NCBI GenBank assembly: GCA_025594325.1
Contig: JANHCV010000009.1
Span: 682,001-746,000 of the forward strand
Source: Blastocladiella emersonii ATCC 22665
Taxonomy: Eukaryota; Fungi; Blastocladiomycota
DNA: 64,000 bases
Reading direction: 5' to 3'
Shown piece by piece: positions 10,304 through 21,630 of this stretch (the first letter of the stretch is position 1; each line of letters starts with the position of its first letter). Under the pieces are notes generated by a model. The model worked only from the letters and a program-made list of their open reading frames with translations. It was not told the DNA's origin and searched no databases. The translations under genes were made by a program, and so were the position numbers.

Positions 10304-10620
10304 TGGCCGAAAGCAATGTTGGGACGCTCGGTGAACCACCGCGGTGGGCGATGCGTCCATGGCCCGGCGCCATCGTGCGAGTCCAGGGTGCGCAGCTGCA
10401 ACCTACAGCCTTCCGTGGCCACTTTGCACCCAGTTGCATTGCAGTTCATCCAAGCGATGCCTCGCCCGAGGGAGCAAGAGCGATGGCGGCCGGGCTGCGC
10501 TGCTGACGCGTTGCGCCGCATCGGCGAGGTGACTCGACTCGCCGCCGCTTTCAAAGCACGGCGGCCGCGCCGCGTTTGGTCCCCGCTCCCCCCGCCCCCC
10601 GCCCCCAACGCCCACCAACC

Positions 10621-12015
10621 ATGTCAACGAATGCATCCACCTCCACCACGGCGGACACGCCGCCCGAAGGCTACACGCCTTCGGCGCTGATGCACGCGCT
10701 CGACGGGGCGACCTCGGCCTCGCGTCTGCGCGGCGCGAGCGACACGGTCGCCGCGGCCGTCCACGCGTGTTTCGCGCTCGCTGGGTTCCAGCTCGTGAGC
10801 GTGCGAGACGACCGCACGGGTCCCGCGGGTCAACGGCTCGAGACCGCCAACGCGGCGCTGCCGGGCGAGTGGAACGCGACGCGCGGGTCGTACACGTTCG
10901 CGTACCGGCATCCCGAGTCGGCCATGACATACGTGGTCAAGGCGGTGGCGATGGGGACCAAGCTTCTGGTGCACGGCATGACGGTCGAGGAGAATAAGGT
11001 GGCGAACGCGGAGCTTTTGATTGGAGAGTGCGCGCTGCCCGAGTCGCTGTACCCCGTCTCGCCCGGCGACCGCGCGGCGAGCACGTTGCTCAAGGGCGGG
11101 GAGGAGGGCATGCGCCGGAGTATCATGGAGCCGGTCCGCGAGCTCGTCATCACGCTCGCGCCGAACTTGTCCAAGGAGGGGTTCCAGCGCATGTACGTCT
11201 GCTGAGTGAGCTCACGCGACTCGCGACTGACTCGTTTGGGGGACTAGGACGACGACACAGCAGACCCAGACCCAGGGCGACAACCGCGACCGCAACCCGC
11301 GCGCGTTCCCGCAGCACGACGAGCCTATCCCGCTGCCGCTGCGGCACCCGGGCCCGCCGCCGCCGTTCCACCCGGACCTCGCGCCGTACGTTCCCGTCCC
11401 CCTAGACCCCCGCCCTCCTGCTCACCGTCCCCCTCCCCTCCCAACTAGGCAACCGTCGCCCTTCTCGATCGGCCACCGCGACCTCGATCCGCTGGGCGGC
11501 CAGTCGCCGCTCGGCGGCAGCCCGTTCGGCGGCCGTCCCGGTGGTTCCGGCTTTGGCGGTCTTCCCCCGCTCGGCGGGATCCCGGCCCCGTTCGGCGACG
11601 GCGGCGGCAACATCATGGGCCCCGGCCACCCGCTGTTCACGGGCGGCGTCGGTGGGCCGCGCGGGCCGCCCGGGTTCGAGGACGACCCGTTCGGCCAGGG
11701 CCGCGTGTGGGGCGGGGACGGGTACCTCCCGCCGTACGTTTCGCTGGATTTCGACGACAACGACGACGACTGACACACTCCCCCGAAATGTGTAGCGGCG
11801 CGGTGCCGCCCGGCGCGCGGTTCGACCCGATTGGCCCGCAGGTGCCGCCGTTCGGCGGGCCCGGCGGATTCAACCCGCTCGGTCCCGGTGGGGTTCCCGC
11901 CGCTGGTCGCGGGCGCGGGCGTGGCCGTGGGCGTGGTGGGCCGCCGGGCCCCTTCTCGGGCGAGCCCGACAACGACGAGCTGCCGCCGCCCGGGTCGCAG
12001 GACACGTTCATGTAG
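10621..12015 (+). CDS. PSMF1: Proteasome inhibitor PI31 (Fub1/PSMF1-like), multi-exon
   Basis: N-terminal FP domain (LPGEWN..GSYTFAYRHPES..YVVKAV), IGHRDLDP, MGPGHPLF, VPPGARFDPIGP and C-terminal DTFM. First intron 11193-11247. Confidence 0.9.
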
Positions 12016-12120
12016 TCGGGAAGGTGGGTGCTGATACAGCCAGAGTTCGTTTATTATGCGCAGATTCGGGGCATTACGTCAGGCGGCAGGGACGCAGCGC
12101 CAACAGCCGATTCGGCGCGC

Positions 12121-12184
12121 CCGCTCATACAAAAGGGCGCGCGCCTCCCCCGCTCATACAAAAGGGCGCGCGCCTCCCCCGCTC
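12121..12184. repeat. Perfect 29-bp tandem duplication upstream of the 12225 gene
   Basis: ccgctcatacaaaagggcgcgcgcctccc at 12121-12149 and 12150-12178, plus a partial copy. Confidence 0.9.
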
Positions 12185-12224
12185 CCTCCCTCTCTCTCCC
12201 CTCTACCCAAGACTCCATGAAACC

Positions 12225-13496
12225 ATGATGCTACACGCGAGCGACACGCCGTACGCGGGCCACCTGCCGTCGCTCGGCGAGCACAATGCGGACCCGGAGT
12301 CGGCCCTGCAAGCCTTCGTGTCGACGTGCGAGTCGCACTTCCGGTCCGTTGGCGCCCCGTCGAACCCGCTGGCCTCGGCCGTCCGTCCCGCCGGCAGCGC
12401 GCCGACCGCCACGCCCGGCTACGGCCCCGCCGCGCGCCTCGACTACGCGATGCAGCTGTCCAACATGCTGCTCGAGACGTACCTGGTGCAGTCCAAGGAG
12501 TACTTTGACGTGTCTGGCGCGGGCGACCTGTTCCCGGCGTTCCCGCACCGGCTCGCGCTCGACGAGGCCGCCTTGCAGCTCGTGCGCCACGAGTGTGCGA
12601 CCGCCGGGCTCGCCGTGCCCTGGCACACGGCGTTCGCGGACATCCCGCCGGCCCTCGCGTTCGAGGCCTCGCTCGCATACGCCGTGTCGGGCGTAGCGCC
12701 GACACCTCGCGTCGCGCTCGTCCTGCGGTGCGCGATCATCGCCGCCGGGTTCGCGACCGCGCGCGACGTCGTGGCGCAGGCCGCGGGGGATATCTGGGAG
12801 TTCCCCTACGACGTGCGGTACACGTCCCCGTCCCCGACCCCCGAAGAGCTCGACGTGCGCCGGGACCTACTGCTCACCGACCTGATGTCCGCCGCCGCCG
12901 GCTCCCCGCTCTCGCGCCGCCTTCTCCCCGCCGCCGCGGCGCTCACGGGCCGCAGCATCATCGCGCTCCTCGGCCGCGCGCGCGCCGCGACGCTCGTCCC
13001 GCGCCCGATCCCGATGCACGCGCACGCCGCGCACCCGGCGCACATCGTGTACCTCCCGCACGTCCCCAAACTGGCCCCGCTGCACGTGTCGCTCGTCCCC
13101 TGGGTCGGCCGCACCTCGGGCCACGCGCAGCACGCGTACCTGATCGACGCCCTCGACGACGCGGCGTACTTCGCGCAGTGCATGTACCCCGTCGTCGCCC
13201 TGCGCGTGTGCCCGAGCGTCGCTGCCGGGATGCATGTCCAGGCGAGCGAGCGGCGCGCGGAGCGCGTGCGGCGGCGTGGCGAGGAGGGGGAGAGCGAGGC
13301 CGCGCGGAATGGAGTGGCGGGGAGCGGGAACCCGTTCGGGTTCGTGCCCTCGCTCGCGGCCATGCCCGCGCCCGCAGCGCCGGGCCAGGTCGTTGGCGGG
13401 CTCACCATGATGTCCGTCGACACGACCGACCCCGCAGCGGCGGCAGCGGCGGCGGCAGAGACCGGCGCGCCGCGGAAACGGTTCCGCCGTGACTGA
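12225..13496 (+). CDS. Hypothetical protein (423 aa) with basic C-terminal NLS-like PRKRFRR
   Basis: Long ORF with host-like C/G-ending codons; first plausible ATG at 12225; no family recognised. Confidence 0.7.
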   Translation: MMLHASDTPYAGHLPSLGEHNADPESALQAFVSTCESHFRSVGAPSNPLASAVRPAGSAPTATPGYGPAARLDYAMQLSNMLLETYLVQSKEYFDVSGAGDLFPAFPHRLALDEAALQLVRHECATAGLAVPWHTAFADIPPALAFEASLAYAVSGVAPTPRVALVLRCAIIAAGFATARDVVAQAAGDIWEFPYDVRYTSPSPTPEELDVRRDLLLTDLMSAAAGSPLSRRLLPAAAALTGRSIIALLGRARAATLVPRPIPMHAHAAHPAHIVYLPHVPKLAPLHVSLVPWVGRTSGHAQHAYLIDALDDAAYFAQCMYPVVALRVCPSVAAGMHVQASERRAERVRRRGEEGESEAARNGVAGSGNPFGFVPSLAAMPAPAAPGQVVGGLTMMSVDTTDPAAAAAAAAETGAPRKRFRRD

Positions 13497-13572
13497 GCTG
13501 CCGCGCACGAGTCCAACCAATTTTGCGTAGTAGAAACCGATTCGATTTGATTGTTAAGAAATAAACACGCCA

Positions 13573-16500
13573 TCATGGTTTTACGGACGACCTCCTCGAC
13601 CCGCCTCCGCCGAAGGCGCCGCCGAGCGACGTGGACGACGCGGGCCGCCGCAGGTTCGCCGCCGAGTGCGGCCGCCGCAGCACCGGGTCCGTCGTGTTCG
13701 CCGTCGCACTCCCAACAAGCCCGCCGAGCGCGCGCGAGTCGTCGAGCCGGAGCATCCGGTCGAAGCGGTTCTCGAGGTGCGCTTGCCCGGAAGTCGACGC
13801 CGTGGACGTGGAGGATGAGGGCCGGCGGCGGTGCGGCGACGAGCGGAGCGAGTGTGGGATGGGCGAGGTCGAGGGGGACGGCACGCGGTGGTGGTGGTGG
13901 TGGTGCATGTCGCGGAGCTCTTCGCGCAGGCGGTCGAGTTTGCGTTCCTACACGGGCCGCGGCGAGTCAGCGATGGTCGAGGGCGCGTAACGGTGAGTGA
14001 AGGAGCGTACCGAAGGCGCGGCGAGCGCGGCCTCGAGCTTGGTGCGCTGGTGGTGCAGCAGGCCCTGGTACTCGACGTTCATCTTGTTGGCCGCCTCGAG
14101 GTCGCGCTCGAGTTCGCTACAGTCAGGGGTCAGCGACCACGTCATCAACCCCGCAATCCCCGGTCGACGTACCGCACAGTCTGGATCAACTGATCGACCT
14201 TCTTCTGCGCGCCGGCGCGCTCCTGGCGAACGCGGTCGTCGGCCGCGCGCTTCTGGGCCTCGAGGTCCGCGACCTTGGCGCGCCACAATGCCACATCCCC
14301 ACCCGCACCCTCGCCCCCGCCGCTACCGCGGACAAACGCCTCGAGCTTCGCGTGCACCTTGGCCGCATGCTGCTCCGCGGCGCGGCGGCGGCGGTCCGCG
14401 TCGTCGGCCTCGGCCTTGAGCCGCGGGACCGCCTCCTTGAGCTGCTTGACCTGGGCGGTGACGGTGCGGATGGCGGTCTCGGACCGGTCGATCTGGCCCA
14501 TCTTGCGGTCGAGTTTCGCCATGAACAGCTTGAACTCGGACGCCCAGTGGTCCTCGACCTTCTTGACGCGCGACTCGAAATCCGAGTGCAGCCGCGCGAC
14601 TTGCCCGACGCGGTGCAGGACCTGCTCGTGCAGGAACGCCGTGGGCGTGGCCGCGGACACGCCGTCGGGCGGCTGCCCGAGGACGGTCGAGAGGCGGTGG
14701 AAGATCTTGAGGAGCAGGTCGCGCTCGACGGCCGAGTCGGAGGATGCGGTGGGTTTCGCGCGGAGCACCGCGAGCGTGTCGGCGTGCTCGCGCTGGAGCG
14801 CGCGGAATTGGTCCTCGAGCTGCGTGTACGCGTCGTCCTTTCCGGCGCGATGCCGCGCCATCGCGGCCGCGTTCTCGGCAGCCATCGCCGTGAGCCGGTC
14901 GTGGTGCTCGGACGCCTCGGCCTGCCACTGCGCGAGCTGTGTGCGCGCGGCGGCGAGCTCGGCGTCGCGCTCGCCCAATTCCTTGGCGAGGCGGCGCGCG
15001 TGGTGGCGGGCCTCGGTGCACGCGCGCTCGAGTTTGGCGAGCTGGCGGCGGTACGTCTCGGTCTCGCGCTTGTGCTCGGCGTCGGCGGCGCGCGCCGCGG
15101 TATCGGCGGCGGCCGCCGCGTCGCCGTCGCGGATCTGGTCGGCGACGCGCAGATCGGCTTCGGCGGACTGCAGATGGCGCTCGAGCTCGGTGCACCGCGC
15201 GGTCTGGGCGCGCAGCTGCGCGTCGAGGTCCGCGATCCGGCTGAGCTCGCGCTGCTCGACGGCGCACCGCTGCGTGACCTCGTCGCGCCACCGCTGCTCG
15301 ATCTCGCGGAGTTTGGCGGTGGTGCGGGCAAGCTCCGACTCGAGCTGCGCGACCGTCGACGAGGTGACTTTGGCCGCCGAGTGCGTTGACCCGGCCTTGC
15401 GCTGCAGCACCGCCAACTCGTCGCGCAGATCCGACTCGCTGCGCACGCGGTCCGTGATCTCCTGCTGGAGGTGCGCAACCTCGAGGTTCTTGGCCTGGAC
15501 GAGCTGCGTGAGCCGGTCGAGTTCGGCCGCGAGGTGCGCGAGGTCCGCGTCGCGCTCCATGGCCTCGGCGTCGGCGCCCTTCGACTCGCTCGCGGCACGC
15601 GCGGTCGCGGCCTCGAGCTTCTCCTCGGCCTCGGCCGCGCGCAGCCGCATCTCCTGGGTGCGCGCGTCGGCCTCCTCGATGCGGCGGCGCGCCTTGGAGA
15701 ACTTGGCGAGCAGGTCCTTTTTCTCGGACGTCCACGCCTCCATGAGCCCGGCCATGGCGGAATCGTGGTTCCGTTTCTGGGCCTCGAGCTCGCGGTTGAG
15801 CGCCTCGACGTCGGTGGTGCGCGACCCGAGCTGCCGGTTCAGCTCGCCCAGCTGCTCGCGCAGCGCCGCGACATGGTGCGACTCGCGCGCGGGGGAGTAC
15901 GGCGCCGCGTGGCCCGTTGCGCGGAGTGCGTCGAGTTCGCGCTGCAGGGCGTCCACTTCCCGCGACAGGGTGGTGACGCGCTGGTTGGCCGCGGCCAGAT
16001 CGGTCTCGCGCGCCGCCTGCAGCAGGTTCTGCGCGGCCACCTGCGCCTGCATGTGGCCGAGCTGCGTGCGCAGCGCCTTGGTGTCGGGGGACGGCGAGGC
16101 TGAGTCGCGGCGGCGCGAGGACTTGGACCCACGGCGATTTCCGCCGTTGGCGGCATCGACGCCGGCCTCGACGAGCCGCTCGCGCAGGTTGCGGATCTCG
16201 GCGTCGGCCATCTCGAGGTCGGCGCGGAGCGCGTTGACGTCGGCATTCGCGAGCTGGAGCTCCGCCGCCGCCGACTCGCGCTGCTCGCGCGCATGCGCTG
16301 CGTGGTCCTCGAGCTCGCGGGCCTGGTGGCGGACGTCGAGGAGCTGCATTTCGAGTTTCTTGTTCAACTCCGAAAGCGCGGTGACGCGGTCCTGGAGCGC
16401 GTGCTCAGTCTCGCGGTGGCGCGTGGCCTCCCCACTCCCCAGCTCGGCGGCCTGGACGTCGTCGCGCAGGCGCGCGTTCTCCTCGGCGAGCCGCTTGACG

Positions 16501-16904
16501 TGCAGCTTGAGATTGGTGTTGTCGATGATGAGGGTGTTGACGCCGCCGGCGCCGTGGGCGAGGTGCATGGCCTGCTCCATGTGGTAGATCTTGAACTTGT
16601 AGTTGAGCACCTCCTTGCGCAGCGCCTCGAGCTCGCGCTCGTGCTCCTTGATGGTGCGCGGGCGGCCGCCGATGACCGGGGCGTTGACGGTGGAGGCGAG
16701 ACAACCCAGTGCTGAGCCTGGGCGGTCGTCGAGTAGCGCCGCGTGCTGCGGGCGCGGACTCTCGGCCAGCAGCGACATGTCGGCGCCCAGATCGTCGTGG
16801 TCCAGCAGGTCCAGGTCGCCCGCGCCGCCGTCCTCGGGCAGCAGGCGCAGGCTGAACCCGTGGCGGCCCGCCGACGACGGCGAGTCGAGCAGATTTCGGT
16901 TCAT
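13573..16904 (-). CDS. Centrosomin-motif-1 (Cnn_1N) coiled-coil protein, Mto1/CDK5RAP2-like gamma-tubulin complex recruiter
   Basis: RTIKEHERELEALRKEVLNYKFKIYHMEQ matches CM1; long coiled coil. Exons 14173-16904, 14011-14116 and 13573-13947 give 1070 aa in frame. Confidence 0.8.
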
Positions 16905-17307
16905 GGTGGTGTTGGCGGTCGATCAGCGGAGGGGCGCGGATGCGGCCAGTTGACGGCAAGAGTGCATGGGTTGGTGGGTTCGGTGAAGGTGAGTGCAGAG
17001 GACGGGGCAGTGGGATCACTTAGCCCCCCTGGTGGGATCGCGCCGCGCCAAAAGTCACAGGGGGCGGAGAGGGTGGCTCGAAACGCGTCACCTGAGGGAC
17101 GCGTGCGGCCTGCAGCTGCCCGGCCGATCGCGCGCTAGCCTTCGCGTCGCGTCGCCTCGGTCTCGGTCTCGGCCGCCCTCATCAGCCAGCCCTGCCGCGA
17201 TCGGTCCTCCCTCCCTCCTCCCTCCTCAACCGCGCGACTCATCGCGCCGCTACTACTACGCATCAACCACCCTCACCCCGACCCCCACCACCAGCCACGC
17301 ACCCAAG

Positions 17308-17995
17308 ATGTCGGGCTCCGTCTCCACGGCCGCGTCCGACGCCAAGCGCCACACGGTGCACACGCCGACGTCGGCCGACATGCCGCTCATCTCGCGCATG
17401 CACAACGCGTGCGGCCCGCTCATGGCCGCCTACGACGAGTGCGCGGTACGGCTTGTCTTGATCACGCTCCGCATCACCGCCGCGACGCTGACGTTTTCGT
17501 GGGAGTAGGCCCGGTTCGGCGAGCGCGCGTGTCTCGAGGAGCGCAAGAAGCGCAACGCGTGTCTCGTGTCAAAGTACGCTCTCTTCGCGCGCGCTCCTGT
17601 CTCACCCGCGCACTGACACACTCATCGGCGCGCGAACACGTAGCGTGCCCGTGTTCCGCGACGTCTCCGCCGCATGCGCGTCGCAGCTCCTCCGCTTCCA
17701 CGCGTGCGTGCGCGCGGCCACGAACGCGCACGACATCCCGGCCGCCAACAACACCACCATGGTCGTGTCGCCCGCGACGCGTACCGACCTCGACACGGCC
17801 GAGTGCGGGAAACGCACGCGCGAGCTGTCGGCGTGCATCGCGACGCGCGTGCGGCCCGAGGACCACATGGGCTGGGTCGTCGTCGACATTATCCGCCAGA
17901 CGGACTGGTCGCACCTCGACGCGGCCGTGGTCGCGGCGGGCGGGACCCCCGCGATGCATGTCAAGGTCGACACGGTGCCGCTGCCGCGCAAGTGA
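17308..17995 (+). CDS. Mitochondrial IMS protein with four CX9C motifs (Mix14/CHCHD5-like)
   Basis: Exons 17308-17445, 17509-17573 and 17644-17995 (184 aa). Motifs CGPLMAAYDEC, CLEERKKRNAC, CASQLLRFHAC, CGKRTRELSAC. Confidence 0.7.
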
Positions 17996-18068
17996 GTGGA
18001 TCGGTGCGAGACACGCGAGCGAGTTGTGTAAGCAAAATGAACAAATGTATCCCCATCACATCAAACAG

Positions 18069-20772
18069 TTACACGCGGTACACGACGCCCGACTCGTGGT
18101 CGACAAACACGGCCGCGGCCTCCTCGACGGCCGCGAGGCACGCCGTGACCTCTTCCGCCGAGAACACGGCCGCGGGGTTGAGCCGCGCGCCGGCGCGGTT
18201 GACGAAAGCCGCGAGATCGCCCGCGGGCACCGACCCGTTGGTCTCCTGGAACACGGCGTCGAGGCACGACTTGAACGCCGCGAGCTTGCCCGTCAGATCG
18301 GCGGTGCCGGCGGGCGGATCGACGTCCATGCGGTCCTCACCGCCCGAAACCTGCGACGAGTCGAGCAGCGCCGTGAGCCCGGGCTGGCCCGACGCGGTGA
18401 CGCCGGACACCTGCGACGACGACGCGGCCGTGATCGCGTCAACCGCGGCGGCCACAATGGCCGCGTCCGTCTCCTCCTCGTCGCTATCCAGGTCCACCTC
18501 CTCGCCGTCCACGACCTTGCGGCGCTTGGGCGCGCGGGGCTTGCGCTTGCGGCGGAACTCCTTGAACAGGACGTACTCGAGGAGCTCGGTCGCGGCCTCG
18601 GCGTCGTCTTCGTCGACCTCGCGCGCGAGCCGCGCCTTGGCGTGCGCGGTCGCGAGCCGGATGAGCGTCTCGAGGGTACGTGCCGTGATGGGCAGGGTAC
18701 GGCGCTTCCCCTCCTCGCTGGCCTTCTCGTTCCGGAACCGCGCGTACGCCTCGGTGATCACGTCCGACGCCGCCTGCGTGAGGACCGGCTTGATGCGCGA
18801 CTTGGCGTAGTGGATGTACTTTTTCAGGAACGCCATGGTCACAATCTCGTTGGCCGCGTTCGAGTTGCGCGTGGTGCGGCGCGTCGAGGAACGGGTGGCA
18901 GGCGTGTTCTGGACACCGGCGCTGTCAAAGTCCTGCTGCAGCCGCTGGTAGTGCGTCGCGCGCTCAAAGACGGGCACCTCGCGGGCGGCCGACGCCGCGC
19001 CCGTGGTGCTCGCGCCGCCCGCCGCGCCGGCCCCGCCGGACCCGGCCGTGTCGTTGTCGAGGTCGTAGAACTGCGTGTCGGCGGCGTTGGCCGGGATCGG
19101 CTGGCCCTCCTCGATGCCGGGCGGGAGGTACCGGTGCATGCGCAGGACGTGCGACGATAGGCGGCGGTCGGTGGCCTCGTCCGTCTTGTCGAGGACAATG
19201 AACAGCAGGTCGAACCGGGAAAGGAGCGAGTCGGGGAGCCGGATGTTGCGGTGCGGCTCGAGGTGCTCGTCGTACTGGCCGTACGTCGGGTTGGCCGCGG
19301 CCACGACCGAGCACCGCGCGTTGAGCGACGTGTGGATCCCGGCCTTGGCGATGGTGATGGTCTGCTGCTCCATGACCTCGTGGATCGCCACGCGGTCCTG
19401 GTCCGACATCTTGTCAAACTCGTCGATGCACACCACGCCGCGGTCCGCGAGCACCATAGCCCCGGCCTCGAGCCGCCGCTCGCCCGTCTCCTGGTCCTGC
19501 GTGACCGCCGCCGTGAGACCGACGCCCGACGACCCGCGGCCCGTGGTCGCGATGGCGAGCGGCGCCATCTGTATCACGAACCGCAGGAACTGCGACTTGG
19601 CCGTCGACGGGTCGCCGAGCAGCAGGATGTTGATGTCGCCGCGGATGTGGGTCCCGTTGGCGAGGTTGTGCTCGAGCCCGCCGAGGAGCAGGAGCAGCAG
19701 CGCCTTCTTGATCCACGGGTGCCCGAAAATGGACGGCGCGAGGGACCGCGCCAGCAGGTCGACGACCGACTTGCGCCGCGCGAGCTGGCGGATGTTGCGC
19801 AGGTCCGTCTCGGTGAGCGTGGGCTGCGCCACCTCCTTGTCGAGCTGGCGCACGTGGTTGGCGAGCATCACCGTGCGGAACGTGCCGGTCCCGGTCCCCG
19901 CGGACACGGCGCGGTACACGCCGACGATCTGGACGCGGTCGCCGGGCTTGCACGCGTCGACGAGGTCGTCGTCAAGGATCACGTCGAGCGACCGCGGCAG
20001 CTGGCCGGGCGGCGCGCGCTCGGGCATCTCCTGCAGCGAGACCGTCTGGTGGTCGCGAAACGTGCACAGGCCAAACTCGGTCGTCAGCGGGTTGCCGTTG
20101 TCGTCGGTCGTCGGGAACGTGGTGCCCGTCGGCATCCCGTCGCCCAGCATCGTCGCGTCGCGGTACTCGCGCGCCGTGAACAGCTGGGTGCGGTCGCAGT
20201 AGTGCACCGACCGCACCATCTTGGGCCGCACCAGCGAGCACCGCGTCACGATCCCCTCGAGCGCGATCAGCTTGCCAATGTGCACCGCGCCCAGCGACCG
20301 CGGGCTCACGTGGTTGTCGCCGAACGAACCGCGCAGACCCACCTGGTAGTTGGCCAGCGCCGCCGACCCGCCCGCCGCGCCGGGCACCGTCGGGTTGTAG
20401 TCGGCGATCATCACGTCCTTGAGCGCGCGGTCAAACGCGGGGAGGTAGTCCATCGGGTTGTCGAGCAGGTGCTGGGCCAGGTCGCGGTCGTAGTGCCGCA
20501 GCTCGTCCACGTCGACAATCAGCCGCGTCCGGCCCGCCTTGGCCATGGCCTTGATGTTGGTCTGGTCCACATTCTCGCGGAAGTCGCGCTGCAGGAACTG
20601 CGTGAACTGCACCACGCGCTCGTTGAACGCCTCCTGCACCGTCTACGGGATGGCGGGGCGAGGTCAGTCAGCACTTGGTGGTTCGTCGCGCGAGGGACAA
20701 CGAAGAGCGCACCTCGAGCGTCAGGATCGGCCGCGGGGCAGCAGCGCCGGGCTGGGGTGCAGCGTCGGCCAT
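18069..20772 (-). CDS. MCM3: DNA replication licensing factor MCM3
   Basis: GDINILLLGDPSTAKSQ, IDEFDKM, LLSRFDL. Exon 1 20713-20772, intron 20643-20712. Confidence 0.97.
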
Positions 20773-21630
20773 GGTTCGTAGCGGTGCGAGTGCAGCGAGT
20801 GCAACGGTGCGATCTGCTGTGTGGGAGCGGGGAGAGGGGGAAGACGAAAGTGATCGGCCGGCCGCCTGCCGTGTGGGACGAGCACACCAAGAGCATCACA
20901 TGACCACGTTCAACGCGTCTCCGATTTTTTTTTCTTGTCTCGCGCCGTGCCTCGCGGCTGCTCGCTCTCTGATCCTTGGCGCAGACGCAGACGTTACCCT
21001 GCAATTCTCGCAGGAGAAATCCTGTACCGAACGGAGCGTCGGGTGCAGTGGTGTTGCCAACGGTTGCGACGAGGCCAGGAGCATCCCTCGTAGGGGGGCA
21101 AGCGCCATCATCTCAGAACACGCTTCTCGCGCGCGGCCCCCGTCAGGAAAAGCCGACTGGAAGCTGTTGGGCCACGAGACGGCCGAGCTCAAGGGGTAGA
21201 ATGCGAAGTACAGTAGAGCGGTCGGATGACGCAACGCGATGCTGAAGCGAAGCAGCGAAGGGGAGTCCGCGCAGCGAGTTCGGATGTGGGGATCACTCGC
21301 TTTCGTTAGGTAACACAGGTAACTCGCTGCAATCACGAGCGTAATGCTGTCGCCGGCTGAGAGTCGCGACAACGCCGGCACGCTGGTCAAGGCCGCGGTG
21401 GGCTCGTCTCATGGGTGGGCAGCTCAGGCCGCGCAGAACGTCAGCGTCAAGGTCAAACCAGGTGAGCTGGCGAGCTCAGGCAGGGGAGCGGGATGTGAGG
21501 ACTTCAACACGTTTTCAACGGCGACCAGAGGTATCGTCAGGGTCCAGCTGCCTCGACCCCGCAAACTCGTCTCTCCCTCCCCACACCTGCCATGAAAACT
21601 AGTAGACCCATGAAATAACTCGATGCAAAC

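Noticed and set aside
14186-16587. Very long overlapping ORFs such as 14275..16587 (+, 770 aa), and similarly 41971..44988, 48961..51942, 35099..36964 and 55578..57485
   Set aside because: Antisense or off-frame shadows of GC-rich genes with strong codon bias; Arg/Ala/Ser-rich translations with no motifs.
20913-20918. Single ACGCGT (MCB-like) sites upstream of MCM3 and RFC3 (61378)
   Set aside because: The hexamer alone is too frequent in this GC-rich sequence to be informative; only the longer fixed-spacing composite motif is reported.
20896-21600. ORFs between MCM3 and the DUF4470 pseudogene
   Set aside because: No motif and no splice pattern; overlaps the MCM3 promoter region.
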